Positions 17,430 to 27,598 of a stretch of DNA of 60,617 bases are shown in pieces; the stretch's first letter is position 1, and the number at the start of each line of letters is the position of its first letter. The DNA lies in assembly GCA_028870995.1 (NCBI GenBank), contig JAGWOI010000014.1:1-60617 (forward strand), written 5' to 3'. Under the pieces are notes generated by a model. The model did not search any database. It was not told where the DNA came from and saw only the letters and a program-made list of their open reading frames with translations. The DNA comes from Candidatus Omnitrophota bacterium. Lineage in GTDB: Bacteria > Omnitrophota > Gorgyraeia > Zapsychrales > Fredricksoniimonadaceae. The translations under genes and the position numbers were made by a program.

Positions 17430-19063
17430 CTTATAATTATAGGCTCATCGAAGAGATGCATCAAGTTGTTCAACTGGTCTTCGTCCCAGATCCAAAGCTT
17501 CTCCTGCAGGGCCCTGACCTTGGCATTCTCGTCCAAGCCGCTCAAAGACACGATGATGCTGCGCGAGGGCCTGGGGTCGAGCTTCTTGATCTCTTCCAGG
17601 ATGCCGCTTAAGTCATTGTCGTGCACCGGGTCCTTTTTCAGCACCACCAGCCACGCGCCCTCCTGGCCCTGGGCGGAAATGGCATCGAAATAATTGCCCG
17701 CGCTGGTGCGCAATTTTAAGGGCTTGATCTCCTTAAAAGAGCTCAGCTTATAGCGGCGGCCGCAAAGCACGAAGGATTCGTTGTCGAACTTGTGCATGAG
17801 ATCCGCCATCCTCGAGGAGAAATCCTTGCGCGCCACCAGGCCGAAATCGTTGAGCGCCTTATTGATCTCTTCCTTGAACTGCTTGCGGGAGCGGCCTATT
17901 TCAAGGTCCACCGCGCGCAGGCGGCGGTGATACACATATTTGATCCAGTAACCGAAAAGCTTGTCCTTGATATGGTAATAGCTGCCGTTGCGTTCGATGA
18001 TATTGGCTTCCTGCAGCGCATTGACGCGGGAGTTGACCTGCGAAGGCTTCAATTTCAACGACTCCAGGAGGTCGTTGATCTTGTGCTTGCCGTGGGCCAG
18101 GGCGCACAGGACAGAAACAGAGGCCCCGGCGGATTTGCCCATGCTCAGCGCATTGATCTGCAGTTCGAAATGACGGCTGATGACGCCCCAGGGATTGAAG
18201 ATCACATTTTCGATGGCCTGGATGACGATGGGCGCGTAGATCTCCTTCTGGGCATAGACCCCGCTTAGGCAGATGAGCTCCTGGCACAGCAGGTTGATGT
18301 ACAAAGGATGCCCGCCGGTAAAGTCCGCGATGAAATTCTTGAGATACAGGCCGATCTTGATGCCGCTTAAGTTGTGGTCGATCAGGCCCTGGGCCTCGAT
18401 AAAGCCGAAAGGCTCGACGGAAATGACCTCGAAATTGCCGAACAAGAGCGATAATTTTTCCGAAAGGATGGTCTGCGCCTTCTGGGGAAAGGAACTGGTG
18501 ACGATATACAGGCAGTTGCGCTGGGTCATGATGCGCTGGCCCAATTGGGCAAAGGCATCGGGGATGTTGAAATCTTCCAGGTGGTCGAACTCGTCCAAGA
18601 TCAGCACCAGGGACCTGCCCGTCTCCTGGGTGAAAACATCCGGCAGCGACAGGATCATGTTGTAGGCCTCGGCGGTCTTGCCCTGGCCCGTCAGCTCCTC
18701 GACGGCCTGCACCAGAAAGACCGTCCTGGGCAGGCGGTCCTTGGCCTCTTCGCACAATAATTTCAAGTCTTCCTGAAGCGGCAGATTTTCCTGTTTAAGG
18801 AAATTATAAAGCAGGCTTTTGGTAAACTGCAGGGCAAAGTAATCGAAATCGCGGCCCTCGAGGTCCAGATAAAGGAAGAAGGCCTCCATCTCCTCCATCT
18901 GGGACATCAGCCGCTGCAGCAGGGCTGTTTTGCCGATATAACGGTTGCCCAGCACGGCTACATTCTGGCGAAAACCTTCCTTAAGCCCCAGCACGCGTTT
19001 TTTGAGCAGGTCCAAAACGCTGCGCCGGCCGAAAAAGTTATGGTCAAAATCGATCAGATTCAT
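17426..19063 (-). CDS. Archaeal-type (ATPase_2/STAND-like) ATPase with winged helix
   Basis: FFGR, Walker A GNRYIGKT, Walker B ILDEFD, TGGHPLYI, wHTH, alpha/beta C-terminal domain. Confidence 0.8.
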   Translation of the reverse strand: MNLIDFDHNFFGRRSVLDLLKKRVLGLKEGFRQNVAVLGNRYIGKTALLQRLMSQMEEMEAFFLYLDLEGRDFDYFALQFTKSLLYNFLKQENLPLQEDLKLLCEEAKDRLPRTVFLVQAVEELTGQGKTAEAYNMILSLPDVFTQETGRSLVLILDEFDHLEDFNIPDAFAQLGQRIMTQRNCLYIVTSSFPQKAQTILSEKLSLLFGNFEVISVEPFGFIEAQGLIDHNLSGIKIGLYLKNFIADFTGGHPLYINLLCQELICLSGVYAQKEIYAPIVIQAIENVIFNPWGVISRHFELQINALSMGKSAGASVSVLCALAHGKHKINDLLESLKLKPSQVNSRVNALQEANIIERNGSYYHIKDKLFGYWIKYVYHRRLRAVDLEIGRSRKQFKEEINKALNDFGLVARKDFSSRMADLMHKFDNESFVLCGRRYKLSSFKEIKPLKLRTSAGNYFDAISAQGQEGAWLVVLKKDPVHDNDLSGILEEIKKLDPRPSRSIIVSLSGLDENAKVRALQEKLWIWDEDQLNNLMHLFDEPIIIR

Positions 19064-19764
19064 GGCAAATAATACAATGGATTGGTCGCCTGGCTGCCGC
19101 GGCGGATTTCAAAATGCTCCACCGTGCGGCCGGCCAGCGGCCCCACCCGGGCGATGACATCGCCCTTGTACACATGCTCTCCGGGCCTGACTAAAAGTTT
19201 GCCGTTGCGTGCGTATACCGATACAAATCCGTCCCCGTGGTCGATCATCACCGTATCGCCGTAGCCTGACATGTAATCCGCCAAAATTACGGTCCCCTCG
19301 CGGGTGGCATGAACGTCGTCCCCGGATTGGGCCTGGATGTCGATGCCGTGGCTGACGGCATTGGTCCCTATCGGGTCATCGAAATAAACGATCACCTTGC
19401 CTATCACCGGCCAAATGAAGGCGCTCTTATTATTGTCCACAATGGGGCTCGAGATATGCTTAACCTTGCTGACCCCCGGGATAAAAACCAATTGGCCGAC
19501 CTCCAACTTGCTGCCGTTTGGGATATTGTTGCTGTCGATGATGTCCTGGATATTGACTCCGTATTCCTGGGCGATCTGCCAAAGGGTCTGGCCGGCCAGG
19601 ACCTTGTGGTACACCCCCTGTTTTTGCACCGTTGGGGCGGCCGGAACCGGGGCTGCCGACTCCGAAATGGGAGTGGGCATGGGGCTGTATTCTGTGGCAC
19701 AACCGGCCAGGAGAATACATAACGAAACAACAGGTAAAATTCTTAAATGATCGTGTCTTGGCAA
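19060..19764 (-). CDS. LysM + M23 peptidase lipoprotein (NlpD-like)
   Basis: LAGC lipobox, LysM (YHKV..GQTLWQIA), FIWPV, HGIDI, HFEIR. Confidence 0.9.
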   Translation of the reverse strand: MPRHDHLRILPVVSLCILLAGCATEYSPMPTPISESAAPVPAAPTVQKQGVYHKVLAGQTLWQIAQEYGVNIQDIIDSNNIPNGSKLEVGQLVFIPGVSKVKHISSPIVDNNKSAFIWPVIGKVIVYFDDPIGTNAVSHGIDIQAQSGDDVHATREGTVILADYMSGYGDTVMIDHGDGFVSVYARNGKLLVRPGEHVYKGDVIARVGPLAGRTVEHFEIRRGSQATNPLYYLP

Positions 19765-19786
19765 TTCTAAATCCTCTTTAAATATA

Positions 19787-19860
19787 TGGAGCGGAGGACG
19801 GGAATCGAACCCGCGTAGCCAGCTTGGGAAGCTGGCATTCTACCATTGAATTACCTCCGC
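19787..19860 (-). tRNA. tRNA-Gly(CCC)
   Basis: GCGGAGG acceptor stem, anticodon loop TTCCCAA, GGTTCGATTCC T-arm, encoded CCA. Confidence 0.97.
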
Positions 19861-19867
19861 ATAAAAA

Positions 19868-20500
19868 TCAAGCGTCTAACAAACTTTTAAACTCGCTCGC
19901 AGCCTGCCGTACATCCCGGGCCAATAAAATGTCCCGGCATACCGCTGCCCGGCCCGCTCCCAAAGCAGCCAAGCCTCCGATATTCCTGCGGCTGATGCCG
20001 CCAATGGGGAAGACCGGAATTCGGATGCGATGAATGACCTTCTGCAAAAGATTAAGATCCATGGGCTGCCGTTGGGGCTTGGTTTGAGTTTTAAACACCG
20101 AGCCAAAGCCGATATAATCAGCGCCCTGCGCCTGGGCTTTCAGCGCATGCCCCATAGTCTGGCAAGAAACGCCGATGATCTTGGCTGCCCCCATCAGTTT
20201 TCTGGCAGCCGTATAATCAAGATCTTCCTGGCCGACATGCAGCCCGTCGGCCCCGCTGATCAAGGCCAGGTCCGCGCGGTCATTGACAATGAACGGTATC
20301 TGATGCCTCGTAATTCTTAAAATCTGACGGCAAAAGCCTAAAATTTCCTTAGCGCTGCTTTTTTTGTCCCGTAATTGTACTATATCGACACCGCCGCGTA
20401 CAGCATCTTTTAAAACTCTCAGCAAGGAAGCGTGATCCAGCACTTGCGTATCCAAGATCAAATACAACTTAGCAGCCGATAGCTTTTTGTTCGAGCGCAT
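19868..20500 (-). CDS. thiE: Thiamine-phosphate synthase
   Basis: QLRDK, IVNDR, GLHVGQED, ADYIGFGSVFKTQTK, IGGI. Confidence 0.95.
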   Translation of the reverse strand: MRSNKKLSAAKLYLILDTQVLDHASLLRVLKDAVRGGVDIVQLRDKKSSAKEILGFCRQILRITRHQIPFIVNDRADLALISGADGLHVGQEDLDYTAARKLMGAAKIIGVSCQTMGHALKAQAQGADYIGFGSVFKTQTKPQRQPMDLNLLQKVIHRIRIPVFPIGGISRRNIGGLAALGAGRAAVCRDILLARDVRQAASEFKSLLDA

Positions 20501-20885
20501 ACACCTTATACCGCAATGCTTTAAGCTTTATCGATCTTTTCACGTCGATCAATTTAGCGACTTCTTCCAGGACCCTTAACGATTCCTTGACCCGCTGGCT
20601 GTTGGCCCAAAAAATCCCCTTGATATTCTTACGCCGGGTTTCGCTGGCAAGGGTCGATCGCCCCACATCATCTTGGATGTTCCTGGCTTCCACCACCTTT
20701 TGAAGATCCAGTCCTCCGAGGATCTCCGTCAACTCGTGGCGAACGCCCTTAAATGCACGCGTCAAACTCTTTTGATCCCAGGCATATCGGCACAGATCTT
20801 CACAAACTCTTAACCCTTCCTTAGCACGGTTGAGATTGGCGTCCAGTATCCGGCACAATGATTTGTCAGGATGATTATTTTTCAC
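20469..20885 (-). CDS. Stand-alone ThiD2-like domain (N-terminal domain of cyanobacterial ThiE)
   Basis: RILDANLNRAKEGLRVCED...ANSQRVKESLRVLEE...RYKVYALE. Probable GTG start at 20885. Confidence 0.85.
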   Translation of the reverse strand: MKNNHPDKSLCRILDANLNRAKEGLRVCEDLCRYAWDQKSLTRAFKGVRHELTEILGGLDLQKVVEARNIQDDVGRSTLASETRRKNIKGIFWANSQRVKESLRVLEEVAKLIDVKRSIKLKALRYKVYALEQKAIGC

Positions 20886-21339
20886 TTTTGATCTTATCGA
20901 TGATATGGGAGGTGGAAAACCCTTTGACCAATTTGACGAACTCCACCCTTTTGACCACATCCTGCCCCGCCACAGCCTTCCCCTTCCAGTCAGCGCCCTT
21001 GATAAGCACATCCGGTTTGACCGCTGCAATGAGTTTGGCCGGGGTCTCCTCATTAAAGATGACCACAAAATCCACACTCTCCAGGGCCGCCAGCACCGCG
21101 GCACGGGATCTTTGAACAACAATGGGACGGGAAGGACCTTTGATGCGGCGGATGGACCTGTCGGAATTAAGACCAACGACCAAAACACGGTTGCCCCGGC
21201 CGGCTTTTTCCAGGTATTTCACGTGGCCGATGTGCATCAGGTCAAAACAGCCGTTGGTAAAAGCAATGGTCCTTCCGCTGCGGCGCAAGGCAGGCAGTTT
21301 TTTTAATAACGCACGTAACGTTAAGATTTTATTCAACAT
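20875..21339 (-). CDS. rfaE2: D-glycero-beta-D-manno-heptose 1-phosphate adenylyltransferase (RfaE domain II/HldC)
   Basis: FTNGCFDLMHIGH, GLNSD.SI..IKG..RP, KGAD, STS.II. Confidence 0.93.
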   Translation of the reverse strand: MLNKILTLRALLKKLPALRRSGRTIAFTNGCFDLMHIGHVKYLEKAGRGNRVLVVGLNSDRSIRRIKGPSRPIVVQRSRAAVLAALESVDFVVIFNEETPAKLIAAVKPDVLIKGADWKGKAVAGQDVVKRVEFVKLVKGFSTSHIIDKIKSEK

Positions 21340-21400
21340 AAGGAAGTTTGAATTTTACCACAGGAACCGCACAAATGGAAGAGTGCTTTACGTTGAAGTT

Positions 21401-21967
21401 TTAGGAAAGGGCGTTCTCGACCAATTCGCAGATGGTATGAAACATGACCAGGTGGGATTCCTGGATGCGGGCGGTTTTTGCGGAGGCGGCCACCAGGGCG
21501 ATATCGCAAAGGCCGGCCAATTGGCCGCCGCTGCCGCCGGTGACGCCGATGGTGGCAATACCAGAGGCTTTCGCGTGCCGGACAGCTTCCAGCACGTTCT
21601 TGGAGTTGCCGCTGGTGGAAATGGCGATCAGGCAATCGCCCTTCTGCCCCAGGGCTTGCAGCTGCCGGGAGAAGACAATATCAAAGGTGTAGTCATTGCC
21701 CAAGGCCGTAAGGGCCGAGGTGTCGGTGGTCAAGGCGATGGCGGGCCAGGCCTTGCGTTCTTTCTGGAAGCGGCCCACGAACTCGGCGGCGATATGCTGG
21801 CTGTCCGCGGCTGAGCCGCCGTTGCCGCAGAAAAACAGCTTATGCCCTGCCCTGAATGTTTTGATGATAAGTTCGGCGGCATCGGCGATTGGGGAAAGGT
21901 TCTTGGTCAGGGTCTTTTGTTTGACGTCGATCGATTCCGCAAATATCTGTTCGATGATTTTCTTCAT
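21401..21967 (-). CDS. gmhA: Phosphoheptose isomerase
   Basis: CGNGGSAADSQH, NDY, STSGNS, RIQESH. Confidence 0.97.
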   Translation of the reverse strand: MKKIIEQIFAESIDVKQKTLTKNLSPIADAAELIIKTFRAGHKLFFCGNGGSAADSQHIAAEFVGRFQKERKAWPAIALTTDTSALTALGNDYTFDIVFSRQLQALGQKGDCLIAISTSGNSKNVLEAVRHAKASGIATIGVTGGSGGQLAGLCDIALVAASAKTARIQESHLVMFHTICELVENALS

Positions 21968-21972
21968 AGGGA

Positions 21973-23010
21973 TTATTGCCGGGCGGAGAACACGTCGGCG
22001 ATCTCAACCAGGTCCGCGGTCACCAGTTTGCGCTGGAAAACCGCTTCTTCCATGTCCACGTAGCGGATCTTGTTGTCTTTGAGGCTGGCCATTTTGCCGA
22101 ACTTATGTTCCTTGACCAGGTCCACGGCCTTCACACCCAAACGGGTGCCCAGCACGCGGTCAAAAGCCGTGGGGCTGCCCCCGCGCAGGATATAGCCCAG
22201 CACACTCACACGGGTTTCATAGCCGGTATTGTCTTCAATGGCTTTGGCCAGGAATTCGCCCACGCTGCCGAAACGCCGCTTTTCCGTCAGGGGCGCCATT
22301 TCAGGAGAAGGCCTGGCCACATAGCCATCGATCTTGGTGCCTTCGGAAATGACCACGATGCTAAACGGCTTGCCGCGCTTATGCCGCTCGTTCAAAAGTT
22401 CATAAACCTGTTTTAAATTGACCGGGATCTCCGGGATCAGGATAATGTCGGCGCCGCCGGCGATACCGGCCTGCACGGCCAGCCATCCGGTGTAAAGCCC
22501 CAGGACTTCAACGACCATGATGCGGTGATGGGATTCCGCGGTGGTGTGCAGGCGGTCGATGCATTCGGTGGCCACATTGACCGCGGTATCAAAACCAAAG
22601 GCATAGTCGGTGCCCGAGAGGGCATTGTCAATGGATTTGGGGACAGCCACGGCCTGGATGATGTTCCTCTTATGCAATTGCAGGGCGATCTTGATCGTCT
22701 CTTCACCGCCTACCACGATCAGGGCATCCATGCCGCTGCGGGCGTAATTTTCCTTGATCTTTTTAACGTGGTCTTCATCCGCCAGCGGGTTGACGCGGCT
22801 GGTGCCCAAAATGGTCCCGCCTTTGTCCAGGATGCCGCTGGTGGACTTCACATCCAGGACCCTCATGTCATTTTCGATCAGGCCCTGCCAGCCGTTCTTG
22901 ATGCCGGTGACCACATAGCCTTCCTGCATGCCTTTGCGCACCACCGACCGGATCACCGAGTTTAACCCCGGGCAATCCGCACCGCCTGTCATTATGCCGA
23001 TTTTTTTCAT
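21973..23010 (-). CDS. pfkA: 6-phosphofructokinase
   Basis: TGGADCPGLN, GGTILGTSR, PKSIDN, TTAESH, RGGSPTAFDR. Confidence 0.9.
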   Translation of the reverse strand: MKKIGIMTGGADCPGLNSVIRSVVRKGMQEGYVVTGIKNGWQGLIENDMRVLDVKSTSGILDKGGTILGTSRVNPLADEDHVKKIKENYARSGMDALIVVGGEETIKIALQLHKRNIIQAVAVPKSIDNALSGTDYAFGFDTAVNVATECIDRLHTTAESHHRIMVVEVLGLYTGWLAVQAGIAGGADIILIPEIPVNLKQVYELLNERHKRGKPFSIVVISEGTKIDGYVARPSPEMAPLTEKRRFGSVGEFLAKAIEDNTGYETRVSVLGYILRGGSPTAFDRVLGTRLGVKAVDLVKEHKFGKMASLKDNKIRYVDMEEAVFQRKLVTADLVEIADVFSARQ

Positions 23011-23019
23011 TCGAAACCT

Positions 23020-23619
23020 TTATGAACTGTACCCATGGAACGGCGCCTGGGCAGGCACCTGGAAATCGCCCCTTGACCGGGATTTGATATCGTCCATCGC
23101 AATCTTGATGACATGCACGCGGATATTGACCTTGCCTTCCAAGCCCACGGACTCCTCGATCTTGCGGCGGACCAGCTCCTGGAACCGGCCGGTCAGTTCG
23201 GGGATGTCCGCCTCATGGCGCAGTACCAATTTAATATCAACCTCCAGGCCCTTGCGGTGGGCGGCCATATAGGGACGGATCTCCTTGATCTCGGGCATCT
23301 GCACGATCAGGCGCCGGACCAGGTCCTCGAGGGCGGTCAGGGACACCGTGACCCCGCCGGTGGGATTTTCAAAAGCGATGGTGCGCTCCTTCTGGCGGCG
23401 GCCGTAAATAAGCCTGGCCAAGACAAAGCTCATGAGCATGATGCCGCCGGCAAAGAACCCGGCGATGGCACCGGTCTGTTTGTCATTATAGATCAGCCAC
23501 AAAAGCTGTTGAATGGTCCGTAAATGAAGGCTGTGAACCACCAAGAGGATGACGGAAATGCCGGTGGTCCAGATAATGACGAGGTAAAAAAGGATGGCGA
23601 TACGGATAAGCAACCACAT
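23020..23619 (-). CDS. amaP: AmaP-like alkaline shock response membrane anchor
   Basis: Two N-terminal TMs plus Asp23-like domain; adjacent to Asp23. Confidence 0.75.
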   Translation of the reverse strand: MWLLIRIAILFYLVIIWTTGISVILLVVHSLHLRTIQQLLWLIYNDKQTGAIAGFFAGGIMLMSFVLARLIYGRRQKERTIAFENPTGGVTVSLTALEDLVRRLIVQMPEIKEIRPYMAAHRKGLEVDIKLVLRHEADIPELTGRFQELVRRKIEESVGLEGKVNIRVHVIKIAMDDIKSRSRGDFQVPAQAPFHGYSS

Positions 23620-23636
23620 GGGATTCTCCTTGGGCC

Positions 23637-23987
23637 TTAGAGGCTGGGCCTCTCAATGGCTTGGATGTTGACATTGATCTCTTTCAAGTGGATGTCAACA
23701 GCCTCTTCCACCGCTGCCGCGATCACGTCCTGGATTTGACGGGCAACCTGTGGGATGTTCATACCGTAATGAATTATAACACGTATTTCCAAAGATACCT
23801 GGGTATCTTTGTCAATGGTCACGGTGACGGCGGGATAATTTTTATAGCCGAAAGCCTCGGCAATGGACCCGATGAAGCCGAAGCTGGCCAGCTGAACGCC
23901 GGGGATCTCCTTGATGGCCGCGGCCGCGATATCGCCGATGACCTTTTTATGGATCTGCACGACACCTAGATCAACCGTATTTTCCAT
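23637..23987 (-). CDS. Asp23/Gls24 family protein
   Basis: LGVVQIHKKVIGDIA...YGMNIPQVARQIQ...INVNI. Confidence 0.9.
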   Translation of the reverse strand: MENTVDLGVVQIHKKVIGDIAAAAIKEIPGVQLASFGFIGSIAEAFGYKNYPAVTVTIDKDTQVSLEIRVIIHYGMNIPQVARQIQDVIAAAVEEAVDIHLKEINVNIQAIERPSL

Positions 23988-23998
23988 AAAGCCCCCTA

Positions 23999-25345
23999 CT
24001 ACTCGTTCTTCATCATTTTTTCCAGGAAATGGGTGGTGACCTTGCCTTCCAGGAAGGTGGGATGATGAAGGATCTCCATATGCAGCGGGATCGTGGTTTT
24101 AATGGGTGCCACGTAAAATTCATCCAGGGCGCGGCGCATGATGCGCACGGCTTCATTACGGTCCCGGCCATGGACGATCAGTTTGGCCACCATGGAATCA
24201 TAGTAAGGACTGATGGTATAGCCGGGATAAATATGGGTATCGATGCGAACCCCCGGGCCGCCGGGCAGGTTGAGCTCCGTGATCTTGCCGGGGCTGGGGA
24301 TAAAATTATTATAAGGATCTTCGGCATTGATGCGGCACTCGATGGCAGCTCCCCGGAACTTGACATCTTCCTGCTTTGTCTTGAGCTTCTGCCCCATGGC
24401 CACCTTGATCTGTTCCTTGATAAGGTCAATGCCGGTGACCATTTCAGTCACCGGGTGTTCCACCTGGATGCGGGTGTTCATTTCCATGAAATAAAAATTA
24501 TTGTGCATGTCCACCAGGAATTCGATGGTTCCGACACCGTGGTAATTGACGCCTTTGGCCGCCTTGACCGCAGCATCGCCCATCTTTTTGCGCAGGTTGG
24601 CGTCCAGGGCCGGTGAGGGGGACTCTTCCAGCAGTTTCTGGTGGCGGCGCTGCACCGAACAGTCGCGTTCGCCCAAATGGATCACATTGCCGTGTTCATC
24701 GGCCAGGATCTGGAATTCCACATGGCGCGGGCCTTCAATATACTTCTCTATATATACGTCGCCCAGGCCGAAATTGGCCTCGGCTTCGGTTTGAGCCATT
24801 TTGAAGGAATTGATGAGGGTCACGTCATTATGGCAAACGCGCATGCCCTTGCCCCCGCCGCCGGCAACGGCCTTGATGATGACCGGATATTTGATCTTTT
24901 GGGCCACACTCAAGGCCTCTTCCTGGGTCTTGATAACGCCGTTGCTGCCGGGCGTCAAAGGGACCCCCATTTTCCTGACGGTCTCCTTGGCCACGATCTT
25001 ATCGCCCATTTTGCGAATGCTCTCCGGGCTGGGGCCTATGAACTTGATATGACAGGACTCGCAGATCTCGGCGAAATGCGCGTTCTCTGAAAGGAAACCG
25101 TAACCGGGATGAATGGCGGAAACGTCGGTGATCTCGGCTGCTGAGACAATGGCCGGGATATTAAGGTAGCTTTCCTTGCTGGCGGCTTTGCCGATGCAGA
25201 CCGCCTCATCCGCAAAACGCACATGCAGGGAATTACGGTCGGCTTCGGAATAGACGGCCACCGTACGGATGCCCATTTCCTTGCAGGCACGGATGACTCT
25301 TAAAGCGATTTCACCACGGTTGGCAATAAGGATTTTGGAGAACAT
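23999..25345 (-). CDS. accC: Acetyl-CoA carboxylase biotin carboxylase
   Basis: [39 protein letters not shown]. Confidence 0.98.
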   Translation of the reverse strand: MFSKILIANRGEIALRVIRACKEMGIRTVAVYSEADRNSLHVRFADEAVCIGKAASKESYLNIPAIVSAAEITDVSAIHPGYGFLSENAHFAEICESCHIKFIGPSPESIRKMGDKIVAKETVRKMGVPLTPGSNGVIKTQEEALSVAQKIKYPVIIKAVAGGGGKGMRVCHNDVTLINSFKMAQTEAEANFGLGDVYIEKYIEGPRHVEFQILADEHGNVIHLGERDCSVQRRHQKLLEESPSPALDANLRKKMGDAAVKAAKGVNYHGVGTIEFLVDMHNNFYFMEMNTRIQVEHPVTEMVTGIDLIKEQIKVAMGQKLKTKQEDVKFRGAAIECRINAEDPYNNFIPSPGKITELNLPGGPGVRIDTHIYPGYTISPYYDSMVAKLIVHGRDRNEAVRIMRRALDEFYVAPIKTTIPLHMEILHHPTFLEGKVTTHFLEKMMKNE

Positions 25346-25354
25346 AAAAAGGGG

Positions 25355-25825
25355 TTAAAGCGGATCTACGATGAACAAGGCTTGACCGAATTCCACCGGT
25401 TCGCCGTTTTGGACCGCGACCTCCGTGATCTTGCCGCGGATCTCGGATTTGATCTCATTCATGAGCTTCATGGCTTCGACAATACAGACGACCTGGCCCA
25501 CCTCGACGGTCTGACCGACCTCGACAAACGGCTCCGCTTCCGGTGAGGGGGAGCGGTAAAAAGTACCTACCATGGGAGACTTGATCTCTCCCTTGCCGTT
25601 CTTGGGTTCCGCTGCGGTTTGGGGCGCGGCTGCAGCAGCGGCCGCCTTGGGGGCCGGGATGGATTCAACCGCGTAATGGGTCTCCGGACCGGCAGCGCGG
25701 ACCACCATCTCCTGGCCCATCGATTTTTTAAGTTTCAGCTTCAACCCGTCACGCTCGATCTCTATTTCATTGAGATTGTTCTCGTTCATCAAGCACAAGA
25801 TCTCTTTGATCTCTTTTAAATTCAT
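25355..25825 (-). CDS. accB: Biotin carboxyl carrier protein
   Basis: SPMVGTFY, EAMKLMNEI. Confidence 0.98.
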   Translation of the reverse strand: MNLKEIKEILCLMNENNLNEIEIERDGLKLKLKKSMGQEMVVRAAGPETHYAVESIPAPKAAAAAAAPQTAAEPKNGKGEIKSPMVGTFYRSPSPEAEPFVEVGQTVEVGQVVCIVEAMKLMNEIKSEIRGKITEVAVQNGEPVEFGQALFIVDPL

Positions 25826-26391
25826 TTTTTGACCCTTTCGACGTAGATCCCTGTACGGGTATCTACCTTGATGGTCTCGCCTGTTGAGATAAACAAGGGC
25901 ACCTGGATGGAGGCGCCGGTATCAATCTTGGCCGGCTTGTACCCCGATTTGGAGGAGTCTCCTTTTAAGCCGGGATCGGTCTCGGTAATGGTGGCAACGA
26001 TGAAGTTGGGAACATCCGCCTTGACCACCTGATTCTTGTAAATGATCGTCTCCACTTCCATATTATCCTGCAAATATTTGACCCCGTCACCTAATAATTT
26101 CTTGTCGATCACCGTATCTTCAAAGGTGCTTTGGTCCATGAAATGGTAATCCTCGCCGCTGACATAGGTAAACTGCATGCGGCGGCGCTCAAGTTCCGCT
26201 TCTTCCAGGCTCTCCGCGCTGCGGAAGGTGCGTTCCAGGACGGCATCGGTACGGATATTCTTTATGCGCACGCGGACGAAAGCCGAACCCTTGCCGGGTT
26301 TGACGTGATTATACTCGACAACAAAATAGAGCTGGTTATCAACGACCAGGCCCATCCCGTTTTGGATCTCATTGATTGTGATAGTACCCAC
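25822..26391 (-). CDS. efp: Elongation factor P
   Basis: HVKPGKGSAFVR, PGLKGD, VPLFI, DTRTG.Y..R. Confidence 0.97.
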   Translation of the reverse strand: MGTITINEIQNGMGLVVDNQLYFVVEYNHVKPGKGSAFVRVRIKNIRTDAVLERTFRSAESLEEAELERRRMQFTYVSGEDYHFMDQSTFEDTVIDKKLLGDGVKYLQDNMEVETIIYKNQVVKADVPNFIVATITETDPGLKGDSSKSGYKPAKIDTGASIQVPLFISTGETIKVDTRTGIYVERVKK

Positions 26392-27433
26392 TTAGCACCT
26401 CATTGCCTTCCTTGGTTACTAATACCATGTCTTCTACTCTTATACCGAACTTATTGGGAAGGTAGACGCCCGGTTCCACGGTGACGATCATCCCCTCCTC
26501 CAATAAACCCGTGCTTTGGCTGGAAAGCCGGGGAGCCTCATGGATATCCAGCCCTACGCCATGCCCTAAAGAATGCCCGAAATATTTCGCTAACTTAAAC
26601 TTGCGTAAAACCTTACGCGCCTGCTGATCGACTGTTGAACAGGCAACACCGGGCTTGATAAGACTTATGGCTTCACGTTGCGCAAGTGTCAGAGCCTCAA
26701 ATACTTGCCTGACAGAAGGCGCTATTCTACCCAAAAAGAAATTGCGTGTCAAGTCAGACTTGTACCCATTAAGGTCAATGCCGAAATCCAGCAGGACATT
26801 TTCATTGTTACGGATAACCCTATCCGTGAACCTGGCATGGGGAAAGCAGGAGTTTGGGCCTGAAGCTATAATGGGTTGAAAAGAAAACTCTGCCCCATGC
26901 GATCTGACAAATCCCTCCAATTTTACGGCTATTTGACGCTCAGTCAGGCCTGGCCTCACCACTTTCTTCATAAAATCAATGGCTTTAAAGTGCAGCTTTA
27001 AGCATTCCCTGATCTGACAGATCTCCCCTTCATCCTTTATTTCGCGCAGCGATTCCACCATGCCGGTGGCCGGAATAAGTTTAGGTTTTCTGGGAAAAAA
27101 CTCTTTCAGTTTTTTCCATAAAGCAAAGCTGGTATATCTTTCGTCGAAACCCAACCGCTTGATCTTATATTGTTTACACAATTCCAAAAGGGTTGCGCAA
27201 GGCATGTGATTGTATTCTTTGACAGCAACGCCCTTAAGCCCCTGACGGGCCTCCAGCACATATCTGGAATCCGTGATGTAAAAAGCCTTTGTCTTGGTGA
27301 CCAACGCCCAAGACTCGCAGGCCGGAAATTGGGTCAGGTAGCGGATGTTGCTGTCATTGGTAAGCAGAAGGGCATCGATATTCTTATGGCGGGAAAAATC
27401 TTCAACGAGTGTTTTAAAACGCGTATTTAACAT
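26369..27433 (-). CDS. Xaa-Pro aminopeptidase (M24)
   Basis: Creatinase N-domain; SDLTR, HSLGHGVGLDIHE, EPGVY, GIRVED. Confidence 0.95.
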   Translation of the reverse strand: MLNTRFKTLVEDFSRHKNIDALLLTNDSNIRYLTQFPACESWALVTKTKAFYITDSRYVLEARQGLKGVAVKEYNHMPCATLLELCKQYKIKRLGFDERYTSFALWKKLKEFFPRKPKLIPATGMVESLREIKDEGEICQIRECLKLHFKAIDFMKKVVRPGLTERQIAVKLEGFVRSHGAEFSFQPIIASGPNSCFPHARFTDRVIRNNENVLLDFGIDLNGYKSDLTRNFFLGRIAPSVRQVFEALTLAQREAISLIKPGVACSTVDQQARKVLRKFKLAKYFGHSLGHGVGLDIHEAPRLSSQSTGLLEEGMIVTVEPGVYLPNKFGIRVEDMVLVTKEGNEVLSGYYHNQ

Positions 27434-27442
27434 GGGGGTAAA

Positions 27443-27598
27443 TTATTTTTCGGCCGAATCTACCAGGAGAACAGGAATACCGTCCAGAATGGGGTATTTC
27501 CGCCCGCATTGCCTGCAGACGATCTTTTCGCCTTGAAGCCCGACATCACCTTGGCAGGCGGGACAGGCAAGCAAAGCTAATAACTTCGCATCGATCAT
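27443..27598 (-). CDS. Trm112/YcaR family protein (51 aa)
   Basis: Below ORF-track cutoff. MIDAKLLALLACPACQGDVGLQGEKIVCRQCGRKYPILDGIPVLLVDSAEK. Confidence 0.92.
   Translation of the reverse strand: MIDAKLLALLACPACQGDVGLQGEKIVCRQCGRKYPILDGIPVLLVDSAEK

Noticed and set aside
19787-19860. tRNA-Gly as an island integration site
   Set aside because: Flanked by housekeeping genes; no integrase or duplicated 3' end seen.
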